Source of the DNA: Gemmatimonadota bacterium | GTDB taxonomy: Bacteria; Gemmatimonadota; Gemmatimonadetes; Gemmatimonadales; GWC2-71-9 | Reading direction: 5' to 3' | DNA: 64,000 nucleotides | Assembly (NCBI GenBank): GCA_003222055.1 | Contig: QHUT01000054.1 | Coordinates: 15,022-79,021, forward strand | In this document: in pieces, positions 35,203 to 42,351 of the stretch | Numbering within the stretch: the first letter of the stretch is position 1 | Layout of the letters: every line of letters starts with the position of its first letter | Translations under genes and position numbers: made by a program | Notes under the pieces: generated by a model | The model's input: only the letters and a program-made list of their open reading frames with translations | Database searches by the model: none | What the model was told of the DNA's origin: nothing

Positions 35203-35534
35203 TGGGGCTTGGCTTCGATCGACCGGTTGAGGATGTTGGCGATGTTGGTGCGCATCACGACGACGCGCGACTCGCCGCTCTTCACGGTCACTTCGTCGTC
35301 CTTCAGATGCACCACTTCGCCGATGATGCCGCCCGAGGTCACGACTTTGTCGCCGCGCTGCAGCGAGGCGAGCAGCTGGCGGTGGCGCTCCTGCTGCTTG
35401 CGCTGGGGTCGGATGAGCATGACGTAGAAGATCGCGATCAGCGCGGCGATCTGGACCAGGAAAATGGTGAGCCCGCCCGAAGCGTTCTGGCCCGAGGGGG
35501 CGAACAGCAGCGCCAGCATGGGGTGCGCGGTCAT
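35199..35534 (-). CDS. yajC: Preprotein translocase subunit YajC
   Basis: IFLVQIAALIAIFYVMLIRPQRKQQERHRQLLASLQRGDKVVTSGGIIGEV. ATGA overlap with the tgt stop. Confidence 0.88.
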   Translation of the reverse strand: MTAHPMLALLFAPSGQNASGGLTIFLVQIAALIAIFYVMLIRPQRKQQERHRQLLASLQRGDKVVTSGGIIGEVVHLKDDEVTVKSGESRVVVMRTNIANILNRSIEAKPQ

Positions 35535-36727
35535 GCGGATCCCGATCGCAGGTAGCGGCGGCGCCAGGCATCGGCCCACGGGCCGAAGGCGTTCCGCCGG
35601 ATCGCGGCCCGCATGTCCTGCGCGAGCCGGATCAGGTAGCGGACGTTGTGCAGCGACAACAGTCTCAGGCCCAGCAGCTCTTCCGCTACGAACAGGTGCC
35701 GGAGGTACCCCCGCGAGAACGTGGTGCACGCCTCGCAGTCGCACGAGTCGTCGAGCGGCCGCGGGTCCTCGCGGTGCTCGGCGTTGCGAATGTTCACGGG
35801 GCCGTCGGGCGTGAAGGCCGAGCCGTTTCGCCCGTTGCGCGTCGGCGCCACGCAGTCGAACAGATCCAGCCCGCGCTCCACCGCCGCCACCAGGTCCTCG
35901 GGAAACCCCACGCCCATAAGATAACGCGGCAGGGCGGGGGGGAGCCGCGGCTCGAGCGCGTCGAGCATCGCGTACATCGCCGCCTTGGGCTCGCCGACCG
36001 AGAGGCCGCCGATCGCGAGACCGGTCCAGTCGCGCATGTCGCAGATCCGGCGCAGTCCTTCCTCCCGCAGCGCGAGATGGACGCCGCCCTGGAGAATGGG
36101 CCACAAGGTCTGGTTGCACGACGCTACGACGCCACGTTGCAAGGAGTGCCCGGCGTCAGTCGTGGAACGTGGCGTCGTAGCGTCGTGTGACGCTTTCAGT
36201 TCCTCATGCCGCTTCCGGCACCGCTCCAACCATCTCAGCGTTCGCTCGAGGGCGTCCCTGGCCGCGCTCTCGTCCGCGCCCCCGGGGACCACGTGGTCGA
36301 ACGCCATCGCGACGTCGGCGCCCAGGGTCCACTGGATCTCCGTGGCGCGCTCGGGCGTGAGCCGGCGACGGCCGCCGTCCACGTGGCTCTGGAACTCGAC
36401 GCCGTCGTCGTCCACGCGCCGGAAGCCCTCGAGCGAGAATACCTGGAAGCCGCCCGAGTCCGTGAGCAGCGGTCGATCCCAGCCCATGAAGCGGTGCAGC
36501 GCGCCGAGCGTCGCCACCACCTCCTCGCCCGGGCGCACGTGCAGGTGATAGGTGTTCGCGAGCACGAGCGTCGCGCCCGCGGCGCGGAGGTCGTTGGGCG
36601 AAAGCGCCCGCACGGTGCCTTGAGTCCCGACCGGCATGAAGACCGGCGTTTCGACGCTACCGTGCGGGAGGGTGAGGGTGCCGGCGCGGGCGGGGCCGGA
36701 GGTCGCGTCGACCTTGAACTCGAACAC
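35531..36727 (-). CDS. tgt: Queuine tRNA-ribosyltransferase (tRNA-guanine transglycosylase)
   Basis: The start GTG 36727 gives (M)FEFKVDATSGPARAGTL, which aligns with E. coli MKFELDTTDGRARRGRL. Also LTDSGGFQVFSL, GLAIGGLSVGE and CDCEAC. The ~25-aa loop HDATTPRSTTDAGHSLQRGVVAS is encoded by palindrome B1. The track ORF N-terminus (to 36811) runs through repeat A2 and is rejected. Confidence 0.92.
   Translation of the reverse strand: MFEFKVDATSGPARAGTLTLPHGSVETPVFMPVGTQGTVRALSPNDLRAAGATLVLANTYHLHVRPGEEVVATLGALHRFMGWDRPLLTDSGGFQVFSLEGFRRVDDDGVEFQSHVDGGRRRLTPERATEIQWTLGADVAMAFDHVVPGGADESAARDALERTLRWLERCRKRHEELKASHDATTPRSTTDAGHSLQRGVVASCNQTLWPILQGGVHLALREEGLRRICDMRDWTGLAIGGLSVGEPKAAMYAMLDALEPRLPPALPRYLMGVGFPEDLVAAVERGLDLFDCVAPTRNGRNGSAFTPDGPVNIRNAEHREDPRPLDDSCDCEACTTFSRGYLRHLFVAEELLGLRLLSLHNVRYLIRLAQDMRAAIRRNAFGPWADAWRRRYLRSGSA
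36117..36187. repeat. Octamer-array palindromic element, family B (CACGACGC/GCGTCGTG), copy B1, inside tgt
   Basis: Perfect 22-bp inverted repeat: CACGACGCTACGACGCCACGTT (36117..36138) and AACGTGGCGTCGTAGCGTCGTG (36166..36187), with a 27-nt loop. Confidence 0.95.
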
Positions 36728-36734
36728 GGGCGTT

Positions 36735-36812
36735 ATTGCGGATTGCGGATTTCGGATTGCGGATTCGAAAGTCGGGCGTCCAATCCGCAATCCACAATCC
36801 GCAATCCGCAAT
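36735..36812. repeat. Heptamer-array palindromic element, family A, copy A2
   Basis: Left arm ATTGCGGATTGCGGATTTCGGATTGCGGATT (36735..36765). Loop CGAAAGTCGGGCGTCC. Right arm AATCCGCAATCCACAATCCGCAATCCGCAAT (36782..36812). 29 of 31 positions are complementary. It fills the queA-tgt gap. Confidence 0.95.
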
Positions 36813-37864
36813 CAGAGTACCGCCATTGCATCCCCATACGAGTAAAACCGGTATCCCTCCCTTACCGCTTCCCCGTACGCCCGCATGACGTTGTCATAGC
36901 CCCCGAACGCGCACACCAACATTAGCAGGGTCGAGCGCGGCAGGTGGAAGTTCGTGAGCAGCCGGTCGACCGCGCGGAACGAGTACGGGGGGTGAATGAA
37001 GAGCCGGGTCTCGCCGGCGCCCGGAGCGATGCGGCCGCGCTCGCCGGCAAGCGTTTCGAGCGTGCGCACGACCGTGGTCCCGACCGCCCAGACGCGACCT
37101 CCCGCTTCCCGTCGCTCGTTGATGATCCCGGCCGCGCTGTCGCTCACCCGGTACGGCTCGTCGTGCATCGCATGGCGCGCGAGGTCGTCGGTCTCGACCG
37201 GCTTGAAGGTGCCGGGGCCGACGTGCAGGTCCACTTCCGCGAGCGCCACGCCCTTGTCGCGCAGCCGGTCCAACAGGTCGCGCGTGAAATGCAATCCGGC
37301 CGTGGGAGCGGCGACGCTGCCGTCGTGTGCCGCGTACACCGTCTGGTAGCGCTCGCGATCCTCGGGGCGCGGCGCGCGGCGGATGTAGGGCGGCAGTGGC
37401 ACCTCGCCGTACTTGGCGAGCGTGGCCGGGGCGTCGAGCGCGCCGACGAACCGCACCCGGCGGAGGCCGCCTCCCAACGCCTCGACGATCTCCGCGGTGC
37501 TGTCGGGGCCGAACGTCACGCGGCGTCCCGACTTGAGCTTGCCTCCGGGATGCCCCATGGCGAGCCAGGTCCCATCGGGTAGCTCCCGGACGAGCAAGAG
37601 TTCGGCCTTGCCGCCGGACCCGCCCATCCCGCTTCCCGCAAGCCGCATCCCGTGCAGTCTCGCCGGAATCACGCGTGACACGTTGACGACGAGCACGTCC
37701 TCCGGCGCCACCAGATCGACGACGTCGACGAACCGCCCGTGGCGGATCGCCCCGCTGGCGCGATCGAGCACCAGGAGGCGACTCCCGCCCCGATCGGGGA
37801 GCGGGTCTTGGGCGATCTGCTCGGCTGGCAGACTGTAGTCGAAGTCTGAAGTTCGGTAGAGCAC
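36812..37864 (-). CDS. queA: S-adenosylmethionine:tRNA ribosyltransferase-isomerase
   Basis: The start GTG 37864 gives (M)LYRTSDFDYSLPAEQIAQDPL, which aligns with E. coli MRVTDFSFELPESLIAHYP. Also TRVIPARL-like VSRVIPARL, AAPTAGLHFT and FRFYSYGDAM. The track ORF N-terminus runs through repeat A3. Confidence 0.92.
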   Translation of the reverse strand: MLYRTSDFDYSLPAEQIAQDPLPDRGGSRLLVLDRASGAIRHGRFVDVVDLVAPEDVLVVNVSRVIPARLHGMRLAGSGMGGSGGKAELLLVRELPDGTWLAMGHPGGKLKSGRRVTFGPDSTAEIVEALGGGLRRVRFVGALDAPATLAKYGEVPLPPYIRRAPRPEDRERYQTVYAAHDGSVAAPTAGLHFTRDLLDRLRDKGVALAEVDLHVGPGTFKPVETDDLARHAMHDEPYRVSDSAAGIINERREAGGRVWAVGTTVVRTLETLAGERGRIAPGAGETRLFIHPPYSFRAVDRLLTNFHLPRSTLLMLVCAFGGYDNVMRAYGEAVREGYRFYSYGDAMAVL

Positions 37865-37870
37865 GCCGAG

Positions 37871-37952
37871 AATTGCGGATGGCGGATTTCGGATTGCGGA
37901 TTCGAAGGTCGTGGGTCCAATCCGCAATCCGCACTCCACAATCCGCAATCCG
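37871..37952. repeat. Heptamer-array palindromic element, family A, copy A3
   Basis: AATTGCGGATGGCGGATTTCGGATTGCGGATT, loop CGAAGGTCGTGGGTCC, then AATCCGCAATCCGCACTCCACAATCCGCAATCCG. It fills the ruvB-queA gap. Confidence 0.95.
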
Positions 37953-37954
37953 TG

Positions 37955-38995
37955 TTAGCCGTCAAACATCGTCGGCTGGTCCGCGCTTCGGGGCGGCGTG
38001 AAGCCGAAATGCTTGTACGCGCCTGCCGTGGCGCAGCGGCCGCGCGGCGTGCGCGCCAGGAACCCCTGCTGCATCAGGAACGGCTCGTACACTTCTTCGA
38101 GCGTGCCGGCGTCCTCCCCCACGGCGGCGGCGATGGTGGTGAGTCCCACCGGGCCCCCGTCGAACTGCTCGATGATCGTCTTGAGGATACGCCCGTCCAT
38201 GTCGTCGAGACCGAACTCGTCTACGTCCAGGCGTTGGAGGGCCTCCCCCGCTACCTGCGCCGTGATCTTGCCGCCGGCGCGCACCTGGGCGTAGTCGCGG
38301 ACCCGCTTCAGCAGCCGGTTCGCGACGCGGGGCGTCCCGCGACTGCGGCGGGCGATTTCGGCGATGCCTGCGACGTCCGCGGGGACGCCCAGGATCCCGG
38401 CCGAGCGGCTGATGATCTGCGCCAGGTCGTCCGGCGGATAGTAGGAGAGGCGCTCTACCAGCCCGAAGCGCGCGCGCATCGGCGGCGTCAGCAGGCCGAA
38501 TCGGGTGGTCGCCCCGATCAGCGTGAACCGCTCGAGCGCCATCGGAATGGTCTGCGCGTGCGGACCCTCGGCGACGCGGACGTCGACCCGGTAGTCCTCC
38601 ATCGCGGGGTAGAGGAATTCCTCGAGCGCCGGGCGCAGGCGGTGCACTTCGTCGATGAACAGGATGTCGTTCGCCTGGAGCGACGTGAGCAGGCCCACCA
38701 GGTCTCCCGGCCGCTCGAGCACCGGGCCCGAGGTCGTGCGGACGCTCACGCCCAGCTCCTTCGCCATGAGCAGCGCGAGGGTCGTTTTGCCGAGTCCCGG
38801 GGGCCCGAAGAACAGCGTGTGGTCGAGGGGCTCCCGCCGCTGCTTCGCTGCGTCGATGGCGATTTGGAGCGACTCCTTCACCTTCGCCTGGCCGACGAAC
38901 TCGTCCAGCCCCGACGGCCGCAGCGCGGCGTCGGTGAGCCGCTCGTCGGGCAGGGCGTCCGGCGTGGTGACCTGGGTCCGCGCGCGCGTGCTCAC
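37955..38995 (-). CDS. ruvB: Holliday junction branch migration helicase RuvB
   Basis: [19 protein letters not shown]...[14 protein letters not shown]...IDEVHRL. The start GTG 38995 forms a GTGA overlap with the small ORF stop. The Arg-rich extension to 39154 is judged off-frame. Confidence 0.92.
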   Translation of the reverse strand: MSTRARTQVTTPDALPDERLTDAALRPSGLDEFVGQAKVKESLQIAIDAAKQRREPLDHTLFFGPPGLGKTTLALLMAKELGVSVRTTSGPVLERPGDLVGLLTSLQANDILFIDEVHRLRPALEEFLYPAMEDYRVDVRVAEGPHAQTIPMALERFTLIGATTRFGLLTPPMRARFGLVERLSYYPPDDLAQIISRSAGILGVPADVAGIAEIARRSRGTPRVANRLLKRVRDYAQVRAGGKITAQVAGEALQRLDVDEFGLDDMDGRILKTIIEQFDGGPVGLTTIAAAVGEDAGTLEEVYEPFLMQQGFLARTPRGRCATAGAYKHFGFTPPRSADQPTMFDG

Positions 38996-39177
38996 GCCGC
39001 CTTGTTCCCCAGGGGCCGCGCGCGCCACCGCACCGGTCGCGCGTCGGCTTCGAGCGCATGCCTGGTGTGGCAGGCGACGCACTCGTCCGTGGCGCGCGTC
39101 GCGCCGTCGGGCACGAGGAGCCGGTTGGTCGAGCCGCAGCGTGTGCAGATCCACTCAGCGGTGAGGGCCATGGTCAT
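38992..39177 (-). CDS. Small zinc-ribbon protein (CxxC...CxxC), 61 aa, between ruvA and ruvB
   Basis: [40 protein letters not shown]... Its ATG overlaps the ruvA stop (ATGA) and its TGA overlaps the ruvB GTG (GTGA). Nearly all third codon positions are G/C in this frame. Confidence 0.65.
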   Translation of the reverse strand: MTMALTAEWICTRCGSTNRLLVPDGATRATDECVACHTRHALEADARPVRWRARPLGNKAA

Positions 39178-39779
39178 CCTTTGGTGAGCAGTTGCAGGGC
39201 GCGCCGCACCAGCGTCTCCGGGTCGACACCGCTTCCACCGTCCGCGGCGAGCACGTGGCGCAACGCGCGGTCGGCCTCGACGGTCGCGTACCCGAGCCGC
39301 TCGAGTGCGTGGAGCGCCGCTTCTGCCGCCCCCGCCGCTCCTCCCGCCACCATCGCTCCCCCCGCTTCCTCAAACTCGCCGAGCTTGTCGGCCAGTTCAA
39401 GCGCCAGCCGCTCGGCCGTCTTCTTCCCGATCCCGCTCACCGACGCGAGCAACGCGATGTTCCGCTCCTTCACCGCCCGCGCCCCACGCTCCACCCCCAG
39501 GGCGGACATCAAGGCGATCGCGATCTTCGGCCCCACGCCGCTCACGCCGATGAGCCGCTGGAAGAAGCGGCGGCCGGCGTCGTCGTGAAACCCGTAGAGC
39601 GACCAGCCGTCCTCGCGCACCACCAGCTCGGTGGCGAGGGTGACCGTCTCGCCCACCGCGGGCAGTCGCTCCATCACGCCCAGCGGCACCACGATCTCGT
39701 AGCCGACGCCGCCCGCGGTGTGGATCAGGACGCGGTCCGCCTGCTTGGCGGCGAGGCGCCCGGCGACCTGAGCGATCAC
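39174..39779 (-). CDS. ruvA: Holliday junction DNA-binding protein RuvA
   Basis: MIAQVAGRLAAKQADRVLIHTAGGVGYEIVVP...LIGVSGVGPKIALALM-like...GIGKKTAERL. Confidence 0.92.
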   Translation of the reverse strand: MIAQVAGRLAAKQADRVLIHTAGGVGYEIVVPLGVMERLPAVGETVTLATELVVREDGWSLYGFHDDAGRRFFQRLIGVSGVGPKIAIALMSALGVERGARAVKERNIALLASVSGIGKKTAERLALELADKLGEFEEAGGAMVAGGAAGAAEAALHALERLGYATVEADRALRHVLAADGGSGVDPETLVRRALQLLTKG

Positions 39780-40270
39780 GTCCGCAGGATGTGGGTGAGC
39801 GCCACGGCCACGCCGTCGGCCGCGTCGGCGGGTCGGGGGGCCTCTTTGAGCCGCAACAGCCGGGCGACCACGCTGCCGATCTGCGCCTTCGGGGCCCCGC
39901 CCGCCCCCGCCACCGTTTTCTTGACCGTCGCCGGCGGATACTGCGCGATGGCGAGGCCCGCCTGCTCGGCGGCGAGCAGGATGACGCCCCGGGCGTGCCC
40001 GAGGACCAGCGTGGTATGGACGTTCTTCGCGTAGAAGGCGTTCTCCAGCGCCAGCGTGCCGGGGCGATGCCGCGCGATCAGGCCGGTGATGTGCTCATGG
40101 AGGGCGCGCAGCCGCTCGGGGAGGGGGCTCTTGGCGGCGAAGCGGATCACGCCACACTCGATCAGCCGGGCCACCCGGTCCGGCCGGTCCCGTGCGGAGC
40201 CGCCGTTCCCGGTCTCGATCACGCCATAGCCGGTGACCGCCGTGCCCGGGTCGACGCCCAGGACCTTCAC
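39776..40270 (-). CDS. ruvC: Crossover junction endodeoxyribonuclease RuvC
   Basis: MKVLGVDPGTAVTGYGVIE...ALENAFYAKN...ADAADGVAVAL. Confidence 0.92.
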   Translation of the reverse strand: MKVLGVDPGTAVTGYGVIETGNGGSARDRPDRVARLIECGVIRFAAKSPLPERLRALHEHITGLIARHRPGTLALENAFYAKNVHTTLVLGHARGVILLAAEQAGLAIAQYPPATVKKTVAGAGGAPKAQIGSVVARLLRLKEAPRPADAADGVAVALTHILRT

Positions 40271-40271
40271 G

Positions 40272-41021
40272 TCACGCCGTCGCCGCCGCCAGCGCCTCGG
40301 CGTCGATGTCGAAGTTGGATGACACCTTGGCGACGTCGTCCATTTCTTCGAGCGCGTCGATCAGCGAGAGCAGCTGCTTCGCGTCCCTGCCGTCCACCTT
40401 CACGGTGCTCTTGGGGAGCAGCGCGATCTCGGCGGCCTGTACCGCGATTTTCTTCGCCTTGAGCCGCTCGCTGATCAGATGCAGCCGGCCCGCGGGTCCG
40501 GTGATGAGAAACACCTCGCCCTCGCGCACCATGTCTTCCGCGCCGGCATCGAGCGCCGCCTCCATCACCGCGTCCTCGTCGGCACGCGTCGCGTCCACGG
40601 TGATCTGGGCCTTGCGGTCGAACATCCACGCCACCGAGTTCGCGGCACCGAGGTTGCCGCCGTGGCGCTGGAACACGTGGCGAATCTCCGCGACGGTGCG
40701 GTTGGCGTTGTCCGTGGTCGCTTCGATGAGCAGCGCCGCGCCGCCGGGACCGTACCCCTCGTAGGTGACCTCTTCGTAGGTCACGCCTTCGAGCTCGCCG
40801 GTCCCCTTCTTGACGGCGCGCTCGATATTGTCGAGCGGCATGTTCTCCGCCTTGGCGGCGTCGATGGCGGTGCGGAGCCGGGCGTTGCCCGCGGGATCGC
40901 CGCCGCCCTGCTTGGCGGCGATCGTGATCTCGCGGATCAGCTTGGTGAAGAGCGCGCCCCGCCGCGCGTCGGTGACGGCCTTCTTCCGCTTGATCTGTTT
41001 CCACTTACTGTGGCCGGCCAT
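40272..41021 (-). CDS. YebC/PmpR family DNA-binding transcriptional regulator
   Basis: MAGHSKWKQIKRKKAVTDARRGALFTKLIREITIAAKQGGGDPAGNARLR. Confidence 0.92.
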   Translation of the reverse strand: MAGHSKWKQIKRKKAVTDARRGALFTKLIREITIAAKQGGGDPAGNARLRTAIDAAKAENMPLDNIERAVKKGTGELEGVTYEEVTYEGYGPGGAALLIEATTDNANRTVAEIRHVFQRHGGNLGAANSVAWMFDRKAQITVDATRADEDAVMEAALDAGAEDMVREGEVFLITGPAGRLHLISERLKAKKIAVQAAEIALLPKSTVKVDGRDAKQLLSLIDALEEMDDVAKVSSNFDIDAEALAAATA

Positions 41022-41039
41022 GGCCCTAACCTACACGTT

Positions 41040-41930
41040 TCACCGATCCGGGTCGAGCATATCCTCGAACCGCATCCAGCGTCGATAGAAGTACAGGTCG
41101 ACGAAGCCGGTCGGCCCGTTGCGGTTCTTGAGCACGATCAATTCCGTGGCGCCGTCCACGCCGTAGCCCGGGTTGTACATCTCCTCCCGGTACAGCCCGA
41201 GCACCAGATCGGCGTGCTGCTTGATCGCGCCCAGGTGTCCGAAGTCGTCGAGCGCGGGCCTGGCGTTGGGGCGCTTGGCGTCGAACCGGGGCAGCTGCGA
41301 CACCACGACGAGCGCCACCTGGCGCTCGAGCGCCAGCGCCTTGAGCCGCTGCAGCACCAGCGCCAGGTCCTCGTCCTGCGTCGAGCGGGCCACACCCGAA
41401 GGCGACGGCACGAGCTGCAGGTAGTCCACGATCACGAGACCCAGCGGTGGCAGGGGCTCGAGCCGCCGGGCGACGGACTCGAAATCCGGGGCCGCGAGGG
41501 ACAGCGTGGTGAGCGGGAGGTCGCGCAGCCGCACGGCCGCACCGCCGATGCCGGCGCGCGTCTCGTCGTTGAGCTTGGCGCCGCGCAGCTCGTCCACGGC
41601 CACCCGCCCCTCGATCGCGAGCGCGCGCTCCATGAGGCGCTCTTGGTCCATCTCTCCCGAGAACAGCGCGACCGCGGTGCCGCGCTGCGCCACGCGCAGG
41701 GCCAGTCCCAGCGCGAGCGCCGACTTGCCGGAGCCGATGTCGCCTCCCAGCACCACGAGGTCGCGGCGACGCACCCCACCCCCCAACAGCCGGTCGATGG
41801 ACGGGAAGCCCGTGGGGATCGTGTCGCTCGGGACGTCGCCCGGGCGCTGCTGATCCACCCGCGCGACGAGGGACTCGGGTGAGGGTGAAGAGGACTGGGA
41901 CAGGCGTTTCGGGAACCGACGGCTCGGCAT
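41040..41930 (-). CDS. DnaB-helicase C-terminal (RecA-fold) domain protein lacking the N-terminal domain, about 296 aa
   Basis: PTGFPSIDRLLGGGVRRRDLVVLGGDIGSGKSALALGLAL (Walker A), LVIVDYLQLV (Walker B), VVVSQLPR, ADLVLGLYREEMY and LKNRNGPTGFVDLYF. The start is ATG 41930. The track ORF extension to 42005 crosses repeat E. Confidence 0.75.
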   Translation of the reverse strand: MPSRRFPKRLSQSSSPSPESLVARVDQQRPGDVPSDTIPTGFPSIDRLLGGGVRRRDLVVLGGDIGSGKSALALGLALRVAQRGTAVALFSGEMDQERLMERALAIEGRVAVDELRGAKLNDETRAGIGGAAVRLRDLPLTTLSLAAPDFESVARRLEPLPPLGLVIVDYLQLVPSPSGVARSTQDEDLALVLQRLKALALERQVALVVVSQLPRFDAKRPNARPALDDFGHLGAIKQHADLVLGLYREEMYNPGYGVDGATELIVLKNRNGPTGFVDLYFYRRWMRFEDMLDPDR

Positions 41931-41943
41931 GACGGCCCCTCCT

Positions 41944-41989
41944 GTGCGTCTGTGCGTCTGTGCGTCTAGCCTACTATAGATGTAGACGC
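41944..41989. repeat. (GTGCGTCT)x3 octamer array ending in a 7-bp hairpin
   Basis: GTGCGTCTGTGCGTCTGTGCGTCT at 41944..41967. GCGTCTA (41962..41968) pairs with TAGACGC (41983..41989). The GCGTCT core is the same as in element 1675..1790. Confidence 0.85.
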
Positions 41990-42351
41990 GCCGAGCGCGC
42001 TGCAACCGCGATGGCGTCGCCCGCCTCGGCGCCGAGCACCTCGCGGGCCGGCGCGACCAGCTGGGAGAGGACCATCGCGGCGGCGGCGGGTGTGGCGGGC
42101 TCGAGCTGCTGGCGCGCCGCGGCCAGCGCCCGCCGCAGCGGCCCCGACAGGGCGAGGCTCGTGAGGCGGGCCTCGAGGGCTTGGAGCCGGCGACGGTGGT
42201 TCCTCCCCGTCACGGGGTGCGGCGGCAGCAGCGCCTCGGCGCAGCGCACGACCAGCCAGAGCGCGAACAGGTCCTGGCGCGCGGGTCCGCGGACGGCGTC
42301 GGCCACGAGACCGATCAACCGCTCTTCCGCCGGCGTGGTGGCGCGGCTCAC
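41974..42351 (-). CDS. Hypothetical protein, about 125 aa
   Basis: GTG 42351 forms a GTGA overlap with the GT9 stop. G/C-rich third positions. The upstream Arg-rich part of track ORF 41974..42864 is rejected. I recognise no family. Confidence 0.45.
   Translation of the reverse strand: MSRATTPAEERLIGLVADAVRGPARQDLFALWLVVRCAEALLPPHPVTGRNHRRRLQALEARLTSLALSGPLRRALAAARQQLEPATPAAAAMVLSQLVAPAREVLGAEAGDAIAVAARSARLHL

Noticed and set aside
36728-36811. N-terminal extensions MRIADCGLRIG...ESAIRNPQSAI of the tgt and queA track ORFs (also 37865..37948)
   Set aside because: They are translations of the palindromic repeats. Alignment with E. coli Tgt and QueA places the true starts (GTG 36727 and GTG 37864) just downstream of the elements.
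38996-39154. Longer RuvB N-terminus starting at 39154
   Set aside because: It is Arg-rich and off-frame in character. It overlaps a better-scoring zinc-ribbon ORF that is stop-start coupled to both ruvA and ruvB.
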